A stretch of 64,000 nucleotides of DNA from an uncultured delta proteobacterium (lineage in GTDB: Bacteria; Myxococcota_A; Polyangia; Polyangiales; B10-G4): positions 64,001 to 128,000 of the forward strand of contig CAVSGI010000009.1 of NCBI GenBank assembly GCA_963727445.1, read 5' to 3'. Positions 15,759-25,015 of this stretch are shown here, in pieces. A program made the position numbers and the translations under genes. The notes beneath the pieces were generated by a model that had not been told where the DNA came from, ran no database searches, and saw only the letters and a list, made by a program, of their open reading frames with translations. Positions within the stretch are counted from its first letter, which is position 1. The number at the start of each line of letters is the position of its first letter.

Positions 15759-18575
15759 TCACGAGACCGCGTGGTCCCCTTTGGCGAGGGGAAGGCGAAT
15801 CGTGAACGCCGCGCCCCCGAGGTCGCATCCACCGACGTCGAGCGTCCCCCCGTGCTGGCGCACGACGTCACGGGCGATCGCCAGGCCGAGGCCGGTCCCT
15901 TCCCCAGCGCCGCGCGTGGTGACGAAGGGCTCGAAGATCTTCGAGCGAAGCTCGGCGGACACGCCGGGGCCGGAGTCCATGACCTCCACCACGTACTCGT
16001 CGCCTTCGCTGCGGCCTTCGACGCGAATCGTTCCGCCCTCGTCTCCCACCGCGCGAGCGGCGTTGTCGACGAGGTTCAGAAACACGTGGTTCATGTCGCC
16101 GGGACGGCCGAAGACGACGACCGTCTCGTCGACCTCCGCAGTGATCTCCACGCTGGGAGGGACCTTCGCCGACACGAGGCGCACCGACGCGAGCAGCCCG
16201 TGTCCTGGTTGAAATTTCCCCTGCTTCTCCTTTTCGATCCGCGAAAGATCGAGCAGGTCCGTCGAGAGGCGAGCGATCCGGTCCGCGCTGTCTTGCATCA
16301 CGTCGAACATCTGCTCGCTTCCCTCGTCGAGGGACGCCGAGAGGCGAGAGCGCACCGAGGGAAGACCGGAGGTGAGCGGCAAGAGGGCGTTGCGCACGTT
16401 GTGTGCGACCGAGGCGGCGACGACGCCCAGGGCGGCGAGGCGCTCCTGGTGCGCGAGGTGTTGCATCACCTTGCGAATACGAAGGTGGACGTCCACGCGC
16501 GCGAGGAGCTCGCGTCCATGGAAGGGCTTGGTCAGATAGTCGTCCGCGCCGGCTTCGAAACCTTCGAGGACCTGGCGGGTGTCCGAGCGGGCGGTGACGA
16601 GGAGGATGGGGGTGGTTCGCGTACGCTCGAGCTGCCTGAGCGCTTTCGTCAGCTCGATGCCGTCGATGCCTGGCATCGCCACGTCGGATACGACCACGTC
16701 GGGGACCACGAGCTCGACCGCCTCGAGCGCCCGCCTTCCGTCTGCCACGGCATGAACGGCGAACCGCGGTGCGAGGACGTCGGCGATGAACGCCCGCAGG
16801 TCGGGATCGTCCTCCACGACCAGGGCGACGGGCGCGCCCGCACGCGGAGGCTCACGGGTGAGCTCCGCGGTCGCAGTCGGGGGAGGGAGGCTCGCGAGCT
16901 CCGCCGGTGATTGGCGTGCGTTGGGCGCCGGGGGGGTCGACGCCTGGGCCACGATGCGGGGCAGGACGAGCCTGAACACCGTCCGCACGTTCGGCTCGCT
17001 CACGACCGTCACCTCGCCACCATGCAGCCGCGCCGTCTCCCGAACCAGAGCGAGGCCGAGGCCCGTACCACCGGGCCGCCGGGCGCCCGCCCCTGGCTGC
17101 GAGAAGCGCTCGAAGAGATCCTTCTGCTGTTCGGTGGGAATGCCGACCCCATCGTCCTCCACCGAGAAGAGGATCTCGCCTCCCGTGTCCTCCGCCTGAA
17201 TGGAGATACGGCGGGCGGCGAAGCGCAGCGCGTTCGCCACCAGGTTGGTGAGCGCCGCCTCGATGCGATCCACGTCGAGGGCCATCGAGGTCTGACCCGT
17301 CGGGACGGAGGTGACGAGCGCGATGCCCCGCGAGGCCGCGGCGGGCTGGAAGGCGTCGGCGACACGACGGACGAGGTCCGCCGGGCGGATCGCGGTGCGC
17401 GTGAGGGTCGCCGCTCCGGCGTCGATCTTCGCGAGGTCGAGGAGCTGGTTGATCAGCGTGAGCAGGCGGGTGCCGTTCCGCTTCATCGCCGCCAGGGTCG
17501 CATCGCGACCGCCGGGGGGGGCCGTGCCTGCGGCCAGGTCGTCGAGGGGCGCCAACATCAGGGTCAGTGGGGTGCGCAGCTCGTGCGACACGTTGGAGAA
17601 GAAGTCGGTCTTCGCCTGATCGAGGTTGCGCACCTCTTCGAGGGTCTCGGCAAGCTGTCGGCTCGTCTCGGCCAGCTCAGCGGTGCGCTCCTCGACCTTG
17701 GCGTCGACCTCTCGTTTCGCTTCCAGCAGCTCCTCGAAGCGGAGCTCGTTGTCCCGAACGCTCCGCCCCAGCGCGTCGTGGTGGTCCTGAATGTCCGCGA
17801 TGCGGTCCGCGAGGTCGCGTCGCTGTCGATAGGCGAGCACCGTGGCCCAGGTGGCGACACCGCCGAGCACGGTGGTCGCGATCAAGGGGTAGAGGGCCGC
17901 TCCGAGCAGAGAGCCGAGGACGAATCCGCCGCCGCTTCCGGCGAGCAGCACCAGCCACGGAGAGACGCGTCCATCGGCTTCCTGCCACTCGATCTCGAAG
18001 ATGCACTCGTCCGCGCCCCGGTGGTAGCACTCGTCGTGCACCACCCGCGCAGGTGGCAGGTCGAAGAGCACCGGGACCGAGGCCATCTGGGCGCGCAGGA
18101 CCTCGCAGAGATGGCTGGTGCCCGTGCGCGGGACGTCGATCTGACGATGCCCCGTGAGCCGGATCCGCCGCGGCCCGAGCTTGTCCAGCTCCCAGCTCAC
18201 CACTTTGTTGAAACGGGGAGTCGCGCCCACGATGCGCTCGTAGGTGAACAGCGGCGTCCCGAAGCTTCGGACGAAGGGGTAGATGGCCCCCATGTGCTTC
18301 GGGGTCATGACGCCGCGCCCCACCCGGGTGACGAGCTCGCGCCCGCCTTCGGTTGCCAGCCGGTCCAGCACCTTTTCGCAAAAACCCCAGGAGACCCAGG
18401 ACTGCGTTTCGATCAGGTGCCGGACGTCCACCCCCCACTCGTCCACCCAACGCTGGACGGTCTGCTTTCCCAGCTCTTCCTCCGCGAGATCGAGGATGCT
18501 CCCGAGCCCATACGCATGCATGTGCGGCATCAGCACGTCGTCTTCGCGTTCGCGCTGCTTCGCGGGTGCGGTCAT
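15759..18575 (-). CDS. Hybrid sensor kinase: H-NOX/V4R-like domain, 2 TM, HisKA-HATPase-REC-HisKA-HATPase
   Basis: LCE..AQMASVP.....HDECYHRGADECIFEIEW (V4R-type Cys pattern); SHELRTPL; REC SDVAMPG; second AHNVRN and GEGTGLGL; TGATG-coupled to the desaturase. Confidence 0.88.
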   Translation of the reverse strand: MTAPAKQREREDDVLMPHMHAYGLGSILDLAEEELGKQTVQRWVDEWGVDVRHLIETQSWVSWGFCEKVLDRLATEGGRELVTRVGRGVMTPKHMGAIYPFVRSFGTPLFTYERIVGATPRFNKVVSWELDKLGPRRIRLTGHRQIDVPRTGTSHLCEVLRAQMASVPVLFDLPPARVVHDECYHRGADECIFEIEWQEADGRVSPWLVLLAGSGGGFVLGSLLGAALYPLIATTVLGGVATWATVLAYRQRRDLADRIADIQDHHDALGRSVRDNELRFEELLEAKREVDAKVEERTAELAETSRQLAETLEEVRNLDQAKTDFFSNVSHELRTPLTLMLAPLDDLAAGTAPPGGRDATLAAMKRNGTRLLTLINQLLDLAKIDAGAATLTRTAIRPADLVRRVADAFQPAAASRGIALVTSVPTGQTSMALDVDRIEAALTNLVANALRFAARRISIQAEDTGGEILFSVEDDGVGIPTEQQKDLFERFSQPGAGARRPGGTGLGLALVRETARLHGGEVTVVSEPNVRTVFRLVLPRIVAQASTPPAPNARQSPAELASLPPPTATAELTREPPRAGAPVALVVEDDPDLRAFIADVLAPRFAVHAVADGRRALEAVELVVPDVVVSDVAMPGIDGIELTKALRQLERTRTTPILLVTARSDTRQVLEGFEAGADDYLTKPFHGRELLARVDVHLRIRKVMQHLAHQERLAALGVVAASVAHNVRNALLPLTSGLPSVRSRLSASLDEGSEQMFDVMQDSADRIARLSTDLLDLSRIEKEKQGKFQPGHGLLASVRLVSAKVPPSVEITAEVDETVVVFGRPGDMNHVFLNLVDNAARAVGDEGGTIRVEGRSEGDEYVVEVMDSGPGVSAELRSKIFEPFVTTRGAGEGTGLGLAIARDVVRQHGGTLDVGGCDLGGAAFTIRLPLAKGDHAVS

Positions 18576-19570
18576 CAGTCGGCGGAAGTGCTCGGCTCGG
18601 TCGCGGCAGCCGCAGGGAGGCTGATCAACGGTACGCCCGTGGCGCTCGCGACCTCTCGAAACTGGCGGCGGCGTCGCACGATGTTCCAGCCCACGCCCTC
18701 GGCTTCGTTGTACCGGTCTCCGAGCACCTCCCGAACGAGCTCGCGGCACGCGCGCAATCGATACCAGGGCAGGGTGGGGAAGAGGTGATGCTCGGTGTGG
18801 AAGTTGAAGTTGAGCATCAGCAGCTCACTCACCCCGCGCGGGTAATAGCCCGAACGGCTCACTCGCCACTGCTCCCAGAGCCGCAGTGGGCGATCGAATC
18901 CCGGCAGCATGGTGTGGTGCGGAAGGTTCACCAACTCGTTCATCATGAGATAGAGGACGAGGGCAGGGAGGATGTCGAAGGACAGGCCAAAATGGAGCAC
19001 CGTCCACCCAATCCCCCCGTAGGCCACGAGCAGAAATAACACGGACGACACGCATTCGCGGAGCTTGTTGGATTCCCCCTTCCGCGCCAGCGACAGGGGG
19101 TAGGTCCAGAAGACGAGATGCTGGGCGAACGCCACCAGGGGCACCCACGACCGCCACCCGAAGCGCACCGCCCATGGGATCTCTCCGGTCTCGCGCCACC
19201 CCACGAAAGCGGCCGCCGTCGGATCCTTCTCGAGAAAGCCCACGTAGAAGTGGTGCTGGCGGTGCATGTGCTTCCACGAGGCGTAGGGCTGAAAGCAGAA
19301 GAGACTGGCCCAGTGGCCGATGGCGTCGTTCACCTTCCTCTTGCGCACGAAAGCTCCGTGACCGCATTCGTGCAAGATCGCGAAAGCCTGGAAGAAGCCC
19401 ACACAGAGAAGCAGCTGTGAGGCGAGGTAGCTCGGCCAGTCGGCCCGCTGCATGAGAGCGACTCCGGCGGCCAGCACCGCCGCGTTTCCGAGCAGCGTCG
19501 CCGCCGCCATGACGGCGCCGGGTTCGAAGACCAGATGCCCCCGGATCGTGGCGTACTGCGCCTTGGTCAT
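18575..19570 (-). CDS. Membrane fatty acid desaturase family protein
   Basis: His boxes HECGH, HMHRQHH, HTEHH plus TM segments; ATGA overlap with halogenase stop. Confidence 0.9.
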   Translation of the reverse strand: MTKAQYATIRGHLVFEPGAVMAAATLLGNAAVLAAGVALMQRADWPSYLASQLLLCVGFFQAFAILHECGHGAFVRKRKVNDAIGHWASLFCFQPYASWKHMHRQHHFYVGFLEKDPTAAAFVGWRETGEIPWAVRFGWRSWVPLVAFAQHLVFWTYPLSLARKGESNKLRECVSSVLFLLVAYGGIGWTVLHFGLSFDILPALVLYLMMNELVNLPHHTMLPGFDRPLRLWEQWRVSRSGYYPRGVSELLMLNFNFHTEHHLFPTLPWYRLRACRELVREVLGDRYNEAEGVGWNIVRRRRQFREVASATGVPLISLPAAAATEPSTSAD

Positions 19571-21333
19571 CCGTCCGCGATCCCCGTCTCGATGAACCCA
19601 GCGAGGCAGAGTCGATTGAGGAGTACGAGCTGGCGCTCGCTCAAGTTCGACCGAAGGGAGCCGAATGACTCGGAACGCCCCCGGAGTCGGCGGAACAGCT
19701 CCACCCCTCCCTCGATCTCGTCGCGAAACTTGATGGCCGGCACCGCTGGATCCTCCAGGCAGAAGCGGTGACAGGGGCGAGGGCTGGCGTAGAGCGGCGG
19801 CATGACGTCTGCGTGGGCGACGGGGTCCTTCCAATACCGCTCCATCGTCCGTCGGGCCTCGTCACTGAAGGCCTCTGATGCACTTTTCACACGGACCACT
19901 TCGATGGTCTTGCCCTCGCGCAGGGAGACGTCCTCTCGAAACCGCAAATGTTCGGAGTCGCCGAGATCCTCGCCCCGAAAGCGGCGACGCGTCTCGAAGA
20001 GCGGGCCTTCGACGGCCTGGGCGTCGCCCTTCCCGAGATCGACACCCAGCACGTGGATGAGATCCGGGCTGATGTCCGTATCCACCAACGCGTGGAAGGT
20101 CCGATCGCGCGCGTCCCTCGACGTCGCGTCGGCTCTGCGCTTCCAATAAACGCTCGACGGATGGCGCTCGGCGATGGCGTGGTACCACTGGTCGATCGCC
20201 AAGGCGAAGGAGCGCGCAACGGCGTGCCAGTCGGTGTCGAAGTCGCGCCACAGCTCCCGTTTTTCCGCGTCGCTGACCGAGTCGTCGAAGGTGGTTCGGA
20301 TCAAGAGCGCGGCCGTGGCCGCGTAGACGAGCGCGAAGGCGACACCCGAAGAGAAGAGGGGATCGACGAAATGCGCGGAGTCGCCGATGAGCAGCCAGCG
20401 TCGGTCGAAATCGCAGAATTGGTCACTGATCATCGAGTAGTTCGTAGCCGTGAGGAGCCGGTCGCGGGTCGGCTTTGCATCCTCGAGGAGGTCCCCCAGA
20501 AGCGGGACCTCTCGCGCGAGCTGCAGGAAGCGCCCTGGATCGTCCTGGGGCACGGCCAGGTCGGCGAGTGCGGCGGGGTCCGTGACGAGACCCAGCGAGT
20601 GTGTGAGCACGCGCTCGCCATCGACGATCTTCGGTACGGGGATGTACCAGAACCACCCGTGCTCGAAAGCGAAGCAGCCGATCGCCGACCGATCGTCTGC
20701 GCGGAAGATGTTCCAGTCCCCCTCGAGGCTCTGCGCCGACTTCCCTCCCACCACGTGCATCCAGAGCGCGACGTTCTTGTAGGCGGAGAGGAACTCCTTG
20801 GGCTTTCGCGTCACCACACTGGTCTGGCGGCCCGACGCTTCCACGAAGAGACGTGCGCCGAACCTCCGCCCGTCCGCGGTGATGACCGCGTGACCCTCCT
20901 CTGCGTCTTCGACACGCGCGACAGCGGTGCCCTGAAACACGTCGACCCCACAATCGGCCGCGTGATCGAGGAGGAGCGCATCGAACTCCGCGCGATCGCA
21001 GTGGATCGCCCACCGGAGCACTCCGTCTCTGAGGTAATGCTCGTGCTCGAAGAAGGTCGCGGCGGGGGCCTGGGGATCCCAGGCGTAGTAGCCACCGAAC
21101 TTCTTGACCCAGCAGTCGCTCGACAGGACGCGTTCGAGGGCGCCGCTCTCGGAAAGCACCGGAATCACTCGGTGCGAGAACGATTCCCCGATGTGCTCTC
21201 TCGGGAAGTGCTCCTTTTCGAGGATGGCGATACGAAGGTCGGTCTGGCGCGCGAGAAGCGCGCCGAGGGTCGCCCCTGCGGGGCCACCGCCCATGATGAC
21301 CACGTCATAATCGTGCTGGGCCGAGCTGCTCAC
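19567..21333 (-). CDS. Flavin-dependent halogenase (tryptophan halogenase superfamily)
   Basis: GGGPAG, FPREHIGES, candidate catalytic Lys in WVKKFGG, WFWYIP (WxWxIP), IGDSAHFVDPLFSSGV. Confidence 0.88.
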   Translation of the reverse strand: MSSSAQHDYDVVIMGGGPAGATLGALLARQTDLRIAILEKEHFPREHIGESFSHRVIPVLSESGALERVLSSDCWVKKFGGYYAWDPQAPAATFFEHEHYLRDGVLRWAIHCDRAEFDALLLDHAADCGVDVFQGTAVARVEDAEEGHAVITADGRRFGARLFVEASGRQTSVVTRKPKEFLSAYKNVALWMHVVGGKSAQSLEGDWNIFRADDRSAIGCFAFEHGWFWYIPVPKIVDGERVLTHSLGLVTDPAALADLAVPQDDPGRFLQLAREVPLLGDLLEDAKPTRDRLLTATNYSMISDQFCDFDRRWLLIGDSAHFVDPLFSSGVAFALVYAATAALLIRTTFDDSVSDAEKRELWRDFDTDWHAVARSFALAIDQWYHAIAERHPSSVYWKRRADATSRDARDRTFHALVDTDISPDLIHVLGVDLGKGDAQAVEGPLFETRRRFRGEDLGDSEHLRFREDVSLREGKTIEVVRVKSASEAFSDEARRTMERYWKDPVAHADVMPPLYASPRPCHRFCLEDPAVPAIKFRDEIEGGVELFRRLRGRSESFGSLRSNLSERQLVLLNRLCLAGFIETGIADG

Positions 21334-21391
21334 GTCGCGCCTCCTGCCTCCCCCCGCGAAGATGTAGGTCGGTGACGCCGAGCCTGCAACC

Positions 21392-23659
21392 TCAGGCGCC
21401 TTCCGCGAGCTTGCTCGCCAGGCGCTGGGCGCGGATCTCGCCGTAGCGCTCGCGGAGGAAGTAGTACCAGCGATGCAGGCCCGCGCGGTTGTAGCAGTTG
21501 ACCATCACGTCGGCCTCGTGCACGAAGCCGGCCTCGACGAACGGCCGGGAGTCGAAACCGGTCGGGAGCATCACGAATCGGTCTCCCGCGCCAACGGCCT
21601 CGGCCTGCGCGGCGACGTGTCGCGCCGCGGCGCGCAGCGCATCCTCGGGGCGGATCTCCGAATGGATCGGCAGCACCCAGGTCGTGTTGACGAGCCACGT
21701 GAGGTTGAACCCCGGGTCGGCCCGATCCTCGATGAGCGCGACGAGCGGGTGGCCGCGATCGGTGATGATGTGATTGCGCCGCCTCCGCGAGACACCGCCG
21801 CGAGCGAAGGACTTCCGAGACTCGTCGAGGCGTACGTCGTCGACGCGGAAGGAGAGCGCGGCCGCCCCGAGGCGCGTGAAGATGCGCTCCGCGGCTCGCT
21901 GCACCACTCTCTCATCGCGCCGGCGGAGCGCGCGCACGACAAGGTCCGAGGGGCGAGTGAGCGTCGGTGGTGGGCCGTCGCCGCGGAGAACCCAAAGGCC
22001 CACGCTGCGGGATGCGATGGCCTCGGGCGTGCCGGTGAGCGCAAAGAAGCCCTCGAGAAACGCGATGATCGGACGATTCGCCGTGTTGACGAAGACCACC
22101 ATGTAGCGGCCGTCGGGCCGCGGCAGGATGTAGTCGAGGTAGGCCATGTGGAGTAGACCGGGCTCGCGATGCTTCCGCGCCGGCGCCGCGGCCATGTGCT
22201 GGATGACCCACGAGTGCTCCCAGGCGCGCACTGCGGAAACGGCGGCCACCGGGCGCCCCTCCTCTCGCTGGACGAGCGTTCGGCAGAGATCGGTGGCGTG
22301 GAGCTTGCGCCAGACCACGCGGGCGCGGTCCTCCACCGGGGGCAGGTTCCGCGTCATGTGCGGGCCGAAGAGGCCGACCTCTCGATAGAGGCGAAGAAGG
22401 CCGTCGAAGTCGTGGCCCATCCCGACGTCCAGGTGCGGATACCGAAGACGGGCGATCAGGTCGACGAACGCCGGAGAGTCGACGCCGCGTTGATCGCACC
22501 ATTGCGCGCGGCAGCTCTCGCCATCCACGCCGGTGATCTGCATTTCGCCGACCGGGATCAGGCCCGTCTGCGCGCGGAGCTTGGCGTCCTCGAGGGTCAG
22601 CCCGCGCCACAGGACGTCTTCTTTCGGGTTGGCCTCGAAGCTAAGGCCACCGAAGGAGAGGTCGTGCACTGCGCGGGAAAGGCGTTCCCCCGTGGCGAGG
22701 TTCCGGCCGGAGATGCGCACCGCCACGCCGTCGGGGACGCGCGTGCGAAAGTGGTAGCGACGCTGCCGTCGGGACACCATCAGCGGGAACGAGAGGGAGA
22801 CGACCGATCCACTCCATCGCAGGACCCGAACCGTCATGGCATAGCTGACGGAGAAGAGCTCGAAGGCGAGGCGCCCTCGAGACGCGACCAAGGGCGATTC
22901 GAGGGCTTCGAGTGTGATCGTCGAGCCTTCGGCGGCGACGAGTCGGCCCCGGATGGTGGCGCCTCCCGGGAGCTCGAAGGTCGCTATCGTCTCCGACAGA
23001 GCCGCGACCTCCAGGATCCGCCGAACGCGCCTCGCGTCGCTCAGCTGATCCGACCGGCGGGGGAGCCCTTCTTCCTGTGGCGACAGGCGAAGACGCATCC
23101 GAAAGCGCCGTGCCCCATCCGGCGACCTCCAGGGAATCGACTCCAGTACCCGAGCCCGGGCGCGGCGGAGTAGACGCCGGTCTCCCCACAGCTCGACGAT
23201 CGGTATCACCGACGCTGGGGAGAGCGCGTGGGAGGACTCGACCGCGCACCCATCTCGGGAGACGTCGATGAGTGGCATGGCATAGAGATCGAGGTCGTCG
23301 CCGCCGTCCGGGACGATGAGAACGCTGGGATCGCGGGGCATTCGACGGGCCATCGAGCGCTCCAACCGGATTGGCGTGAGACGAGCTCCCGCGATTGGCA
23401 GCACGATTCGTCCCGGCTCGACTCGGGCCGGGCCTCCGAAGAGAACGCGCTCCGGCTCCGAGTGAATCACCAGCCGGACGCGGTCCAGCCGCCCCGGCAG
23501 AGCATCGGTGGCCACCGGGCTCAACACCAGCTCGCGACTTGCTCCTCGCCCTCGCACGCCCGAGAGAAACGTTTCGAGTCGAGCGCTCATCGCTCCCACA
23601 TCGAGCACGGCCGGAGCCAATTCCCGGGCGGCGCGCTCGATGTACGACCGACGGCTCAT
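21392..23659 (-). CDS. Multi-PilZ protein with C-terminal putative GNAT-like (acyltransferase) region
   Basis: PilZ motifs IDVSRDG and QRRYHFR...HDLSFGGL; C-terminal LYREVG...PVAAVSAVRAWEHSWVIQHMAA read as GNAT-like by pattern only. Confidence 0.7.
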   Translation of the reverse strand: MSRRSYIERAARELAPAVLDVGAMSARLETFLSGVRGRGASRELVLSPVATDALPGRLDRVRLVIHSEPERVLFGGPARVEPGRIVLPIAGARLTPIRLERSMARRMPRDPSVLIVPDGGDDLDLYAMPLIDVSRDGCAVESSHALSPASVIPIVELWGDRRLLRRARARVLESIPWRSPDGARRFRMRLRLSPQEEGLPRRSDQLSDARRVRRILEVAALSETIATFELPGGATIRGRLVAAEGSTITLEALESPLVASRGRLAFELFSVSYAMTVRVLRWSGSVVSLSFPLMVSRRQRRYHFRTRVPDGVAVRISGRNLATGERLSRAVHDLSFGGLSFEANPKEDVLWRGLTLEDAKLRAQTGLIPVGEMQITGVDGESCRAQWCDQRGVDSPAFVDLIARLRYPHLDVGMGHDFDGLLRLYREVGLFGPHMTRNLPPVEDRARVVWRKLHATDLCRTLVQREEGRPVAAVSAVRAWEHSWVIQHMAAAPARKHREPGLLHMAYLDYILPRPDGRYMVVFVNTANRPIIAFLEGFFALTGTPEAIASRSVGLWVLRGDGPPPTLTRPSDLVVRALRRRDERVVQRAAERIFTRLGAAALSFRVDDVRLDESRKSFARGGVSRRRRNHIITDRGHPLVALIEDRADPGFNLTWLVNTTWVLPIHSEIRPEDALRAAARHVAAQAEAVGAGDRFVMLPTGFDSRPFVEAGFVHEADVMVNCYNRAGLHRWYYFLRERYGEIRAQRLASKLAEGA

Positions 23660-23752
23660 TTAGCAAAGAGGCTAGCGCCCACCTCCTATCGCGCAAACCC
23701 CCCCCACCCACGTGGTACTCTGCAGCAGCGATTCGGCCGCGTGACGACTTTC

Positions 23753-24910
23753 ATGAACATCGACTTTCGCGCCTACCCGATCCTCTACGTAGACGACGAA
23801 GCGGCGAACCTCATCACGGTGCGCTACCTGCTGGAAGGCAGCTTCGAGCTCCTGACCGCGCAGACCGGAGAGGACGCCCTCGCGCAACTCGCCGCGCGCG
23901 ACGACATCGCCGTGCTTCTCTGCGACCAGCGCATGCCCGGAATGTCCGGCGTCGAGGTCTGTGAACGCGCACGCGCGATCCGACCGGACGCCGTGCGGAT
24001 CATGATCACTGCGTACACCGACCTTCACGCCGCGGTGGACGCCATCAACCGCGGTCAGGTCGCGCGATACGTTCAGAAGCCTTTCCGGAACGAAGAGCTC
24101 GTCGCGGTTCTCCAGACGGCGATCTCTCTCGTGCACGTGCAGCGCACGGTGCAGTCGTTGGAGGTCGGGCTCCTCTCCTCTGGACAGGTGATGGGGGCGC
24201 GCACCGTCGAGGCGCAGATCGGCCACGAGCTCGGGAACGTCCTGGTCGGGGTGGAGGCGAACGTGGCGTACGCTTCCGACCTGATCAAGACGGCGCTGGA
24301 GATCGTCGGCGAAGACGGGGGCCGGTTGCGAGATCTGCTGGAAGAAGCGGCGGCGGGGCACGTCGACGCTCACATCAGCGTCGAGCAGATGAAGAACATC
24401 CTGCGCCGGCTGAAGCAGGGGGAGCTGTCGAAGCGCCCACCTCGCTGCCACGTCGATCGCGTGGTGGACTCGACGGTTCGCATTCTTCGCAACGAAGTCG
24501 AGAAGGTCGCCCGCATACAACTCATCATCGCGGGAACACCCCGGGTCGAGATGGAGGCCTCGGTGCTCGCGCAAGTCGTGACCAACCTCCTGCTGAACGC
24601 GGCGCAGGCCGTGCAGGAGCACGGGGTGAAGGACGATGCGATCGTCGTCGAGGTCGTCGCCGAGGACGACAAGGCGATCCTACGTGTCCGCGATCGCGGG
24701 CCCGGTATCGCGGACGAGCACCTCGAACGCATCTTCGATCCGCACTTCACGACGAAGAGCGGCGGTAATGGGCTCGGGTTGGCAATCGTTCGCGAGATGG
24801 TCACCAGCGCGGGGGGGCGGGTAAGGGTTCAATCGACACCGGAAGGGTCGACCTTCACCGTCGAGCTCCCCCTGTTGCCGCCAGCATCATCGCATCCGCC
24901 CTCGCACTGA
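23753..24910 (+). CDS. REC-HisKA-HATPase hybrid kinase, divergent from the halogenase cluster
   Basis: ILYVDDE, LCDQRMPGMSG, GHELGN, NLLLNAAQA, HFTTKSGGNGLGL. Confidence 0.9.
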   Translation: MNIDFRAYPILYVDDEAANLITVRYLLEGSFELLTAQTGEDALAQLAARDDIAVLLCDQRMPGMSGVEVCERARAIRPDAVRIMITAYTDLHAAVDAINRGQVARYVQKPFRNEELVAVLQTAISLVHVQRTVQSLEVGLLSSGQVMGARTVEAQIGHELGNVLVGVEANVAYASDLIKTALEIVGEDGGRLRDLLEEAAAGHVDAHISVEQMKNILRRLKQGELSKRPPRCHVDRVVDSTVRILRNEVEKVARIQLIIAGTPRVEMEASVLAQVVTNLLLNAAQAVQEHGVKDDAIVVEVVAEDDKAILRVRDRGPGIADEHLERIFDPHFTTKSGGNGLGLAIVREMVTSAGGRVRVQSTPEGSTFTVELPLLPPASSHPPSH

Positions 24911-25015
24911 TACGACGTTCGATACGTCGCTACTTGGGATAAGCAATAGTGCGTATGGGCCAGTCCACACTCGGCTCGATACTCCGAAGGTCGTCGACTT
25001 CGTATCCTGACCGAC

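Noticed and set aside
19640..19667. Sigma28-like CTCAAG-N14-GCCGAATG antisense within the halogenase 3' end
   Set aside because: Intragenic with no downstream plus-strand gene; plausible by chance in GC-rich DNA
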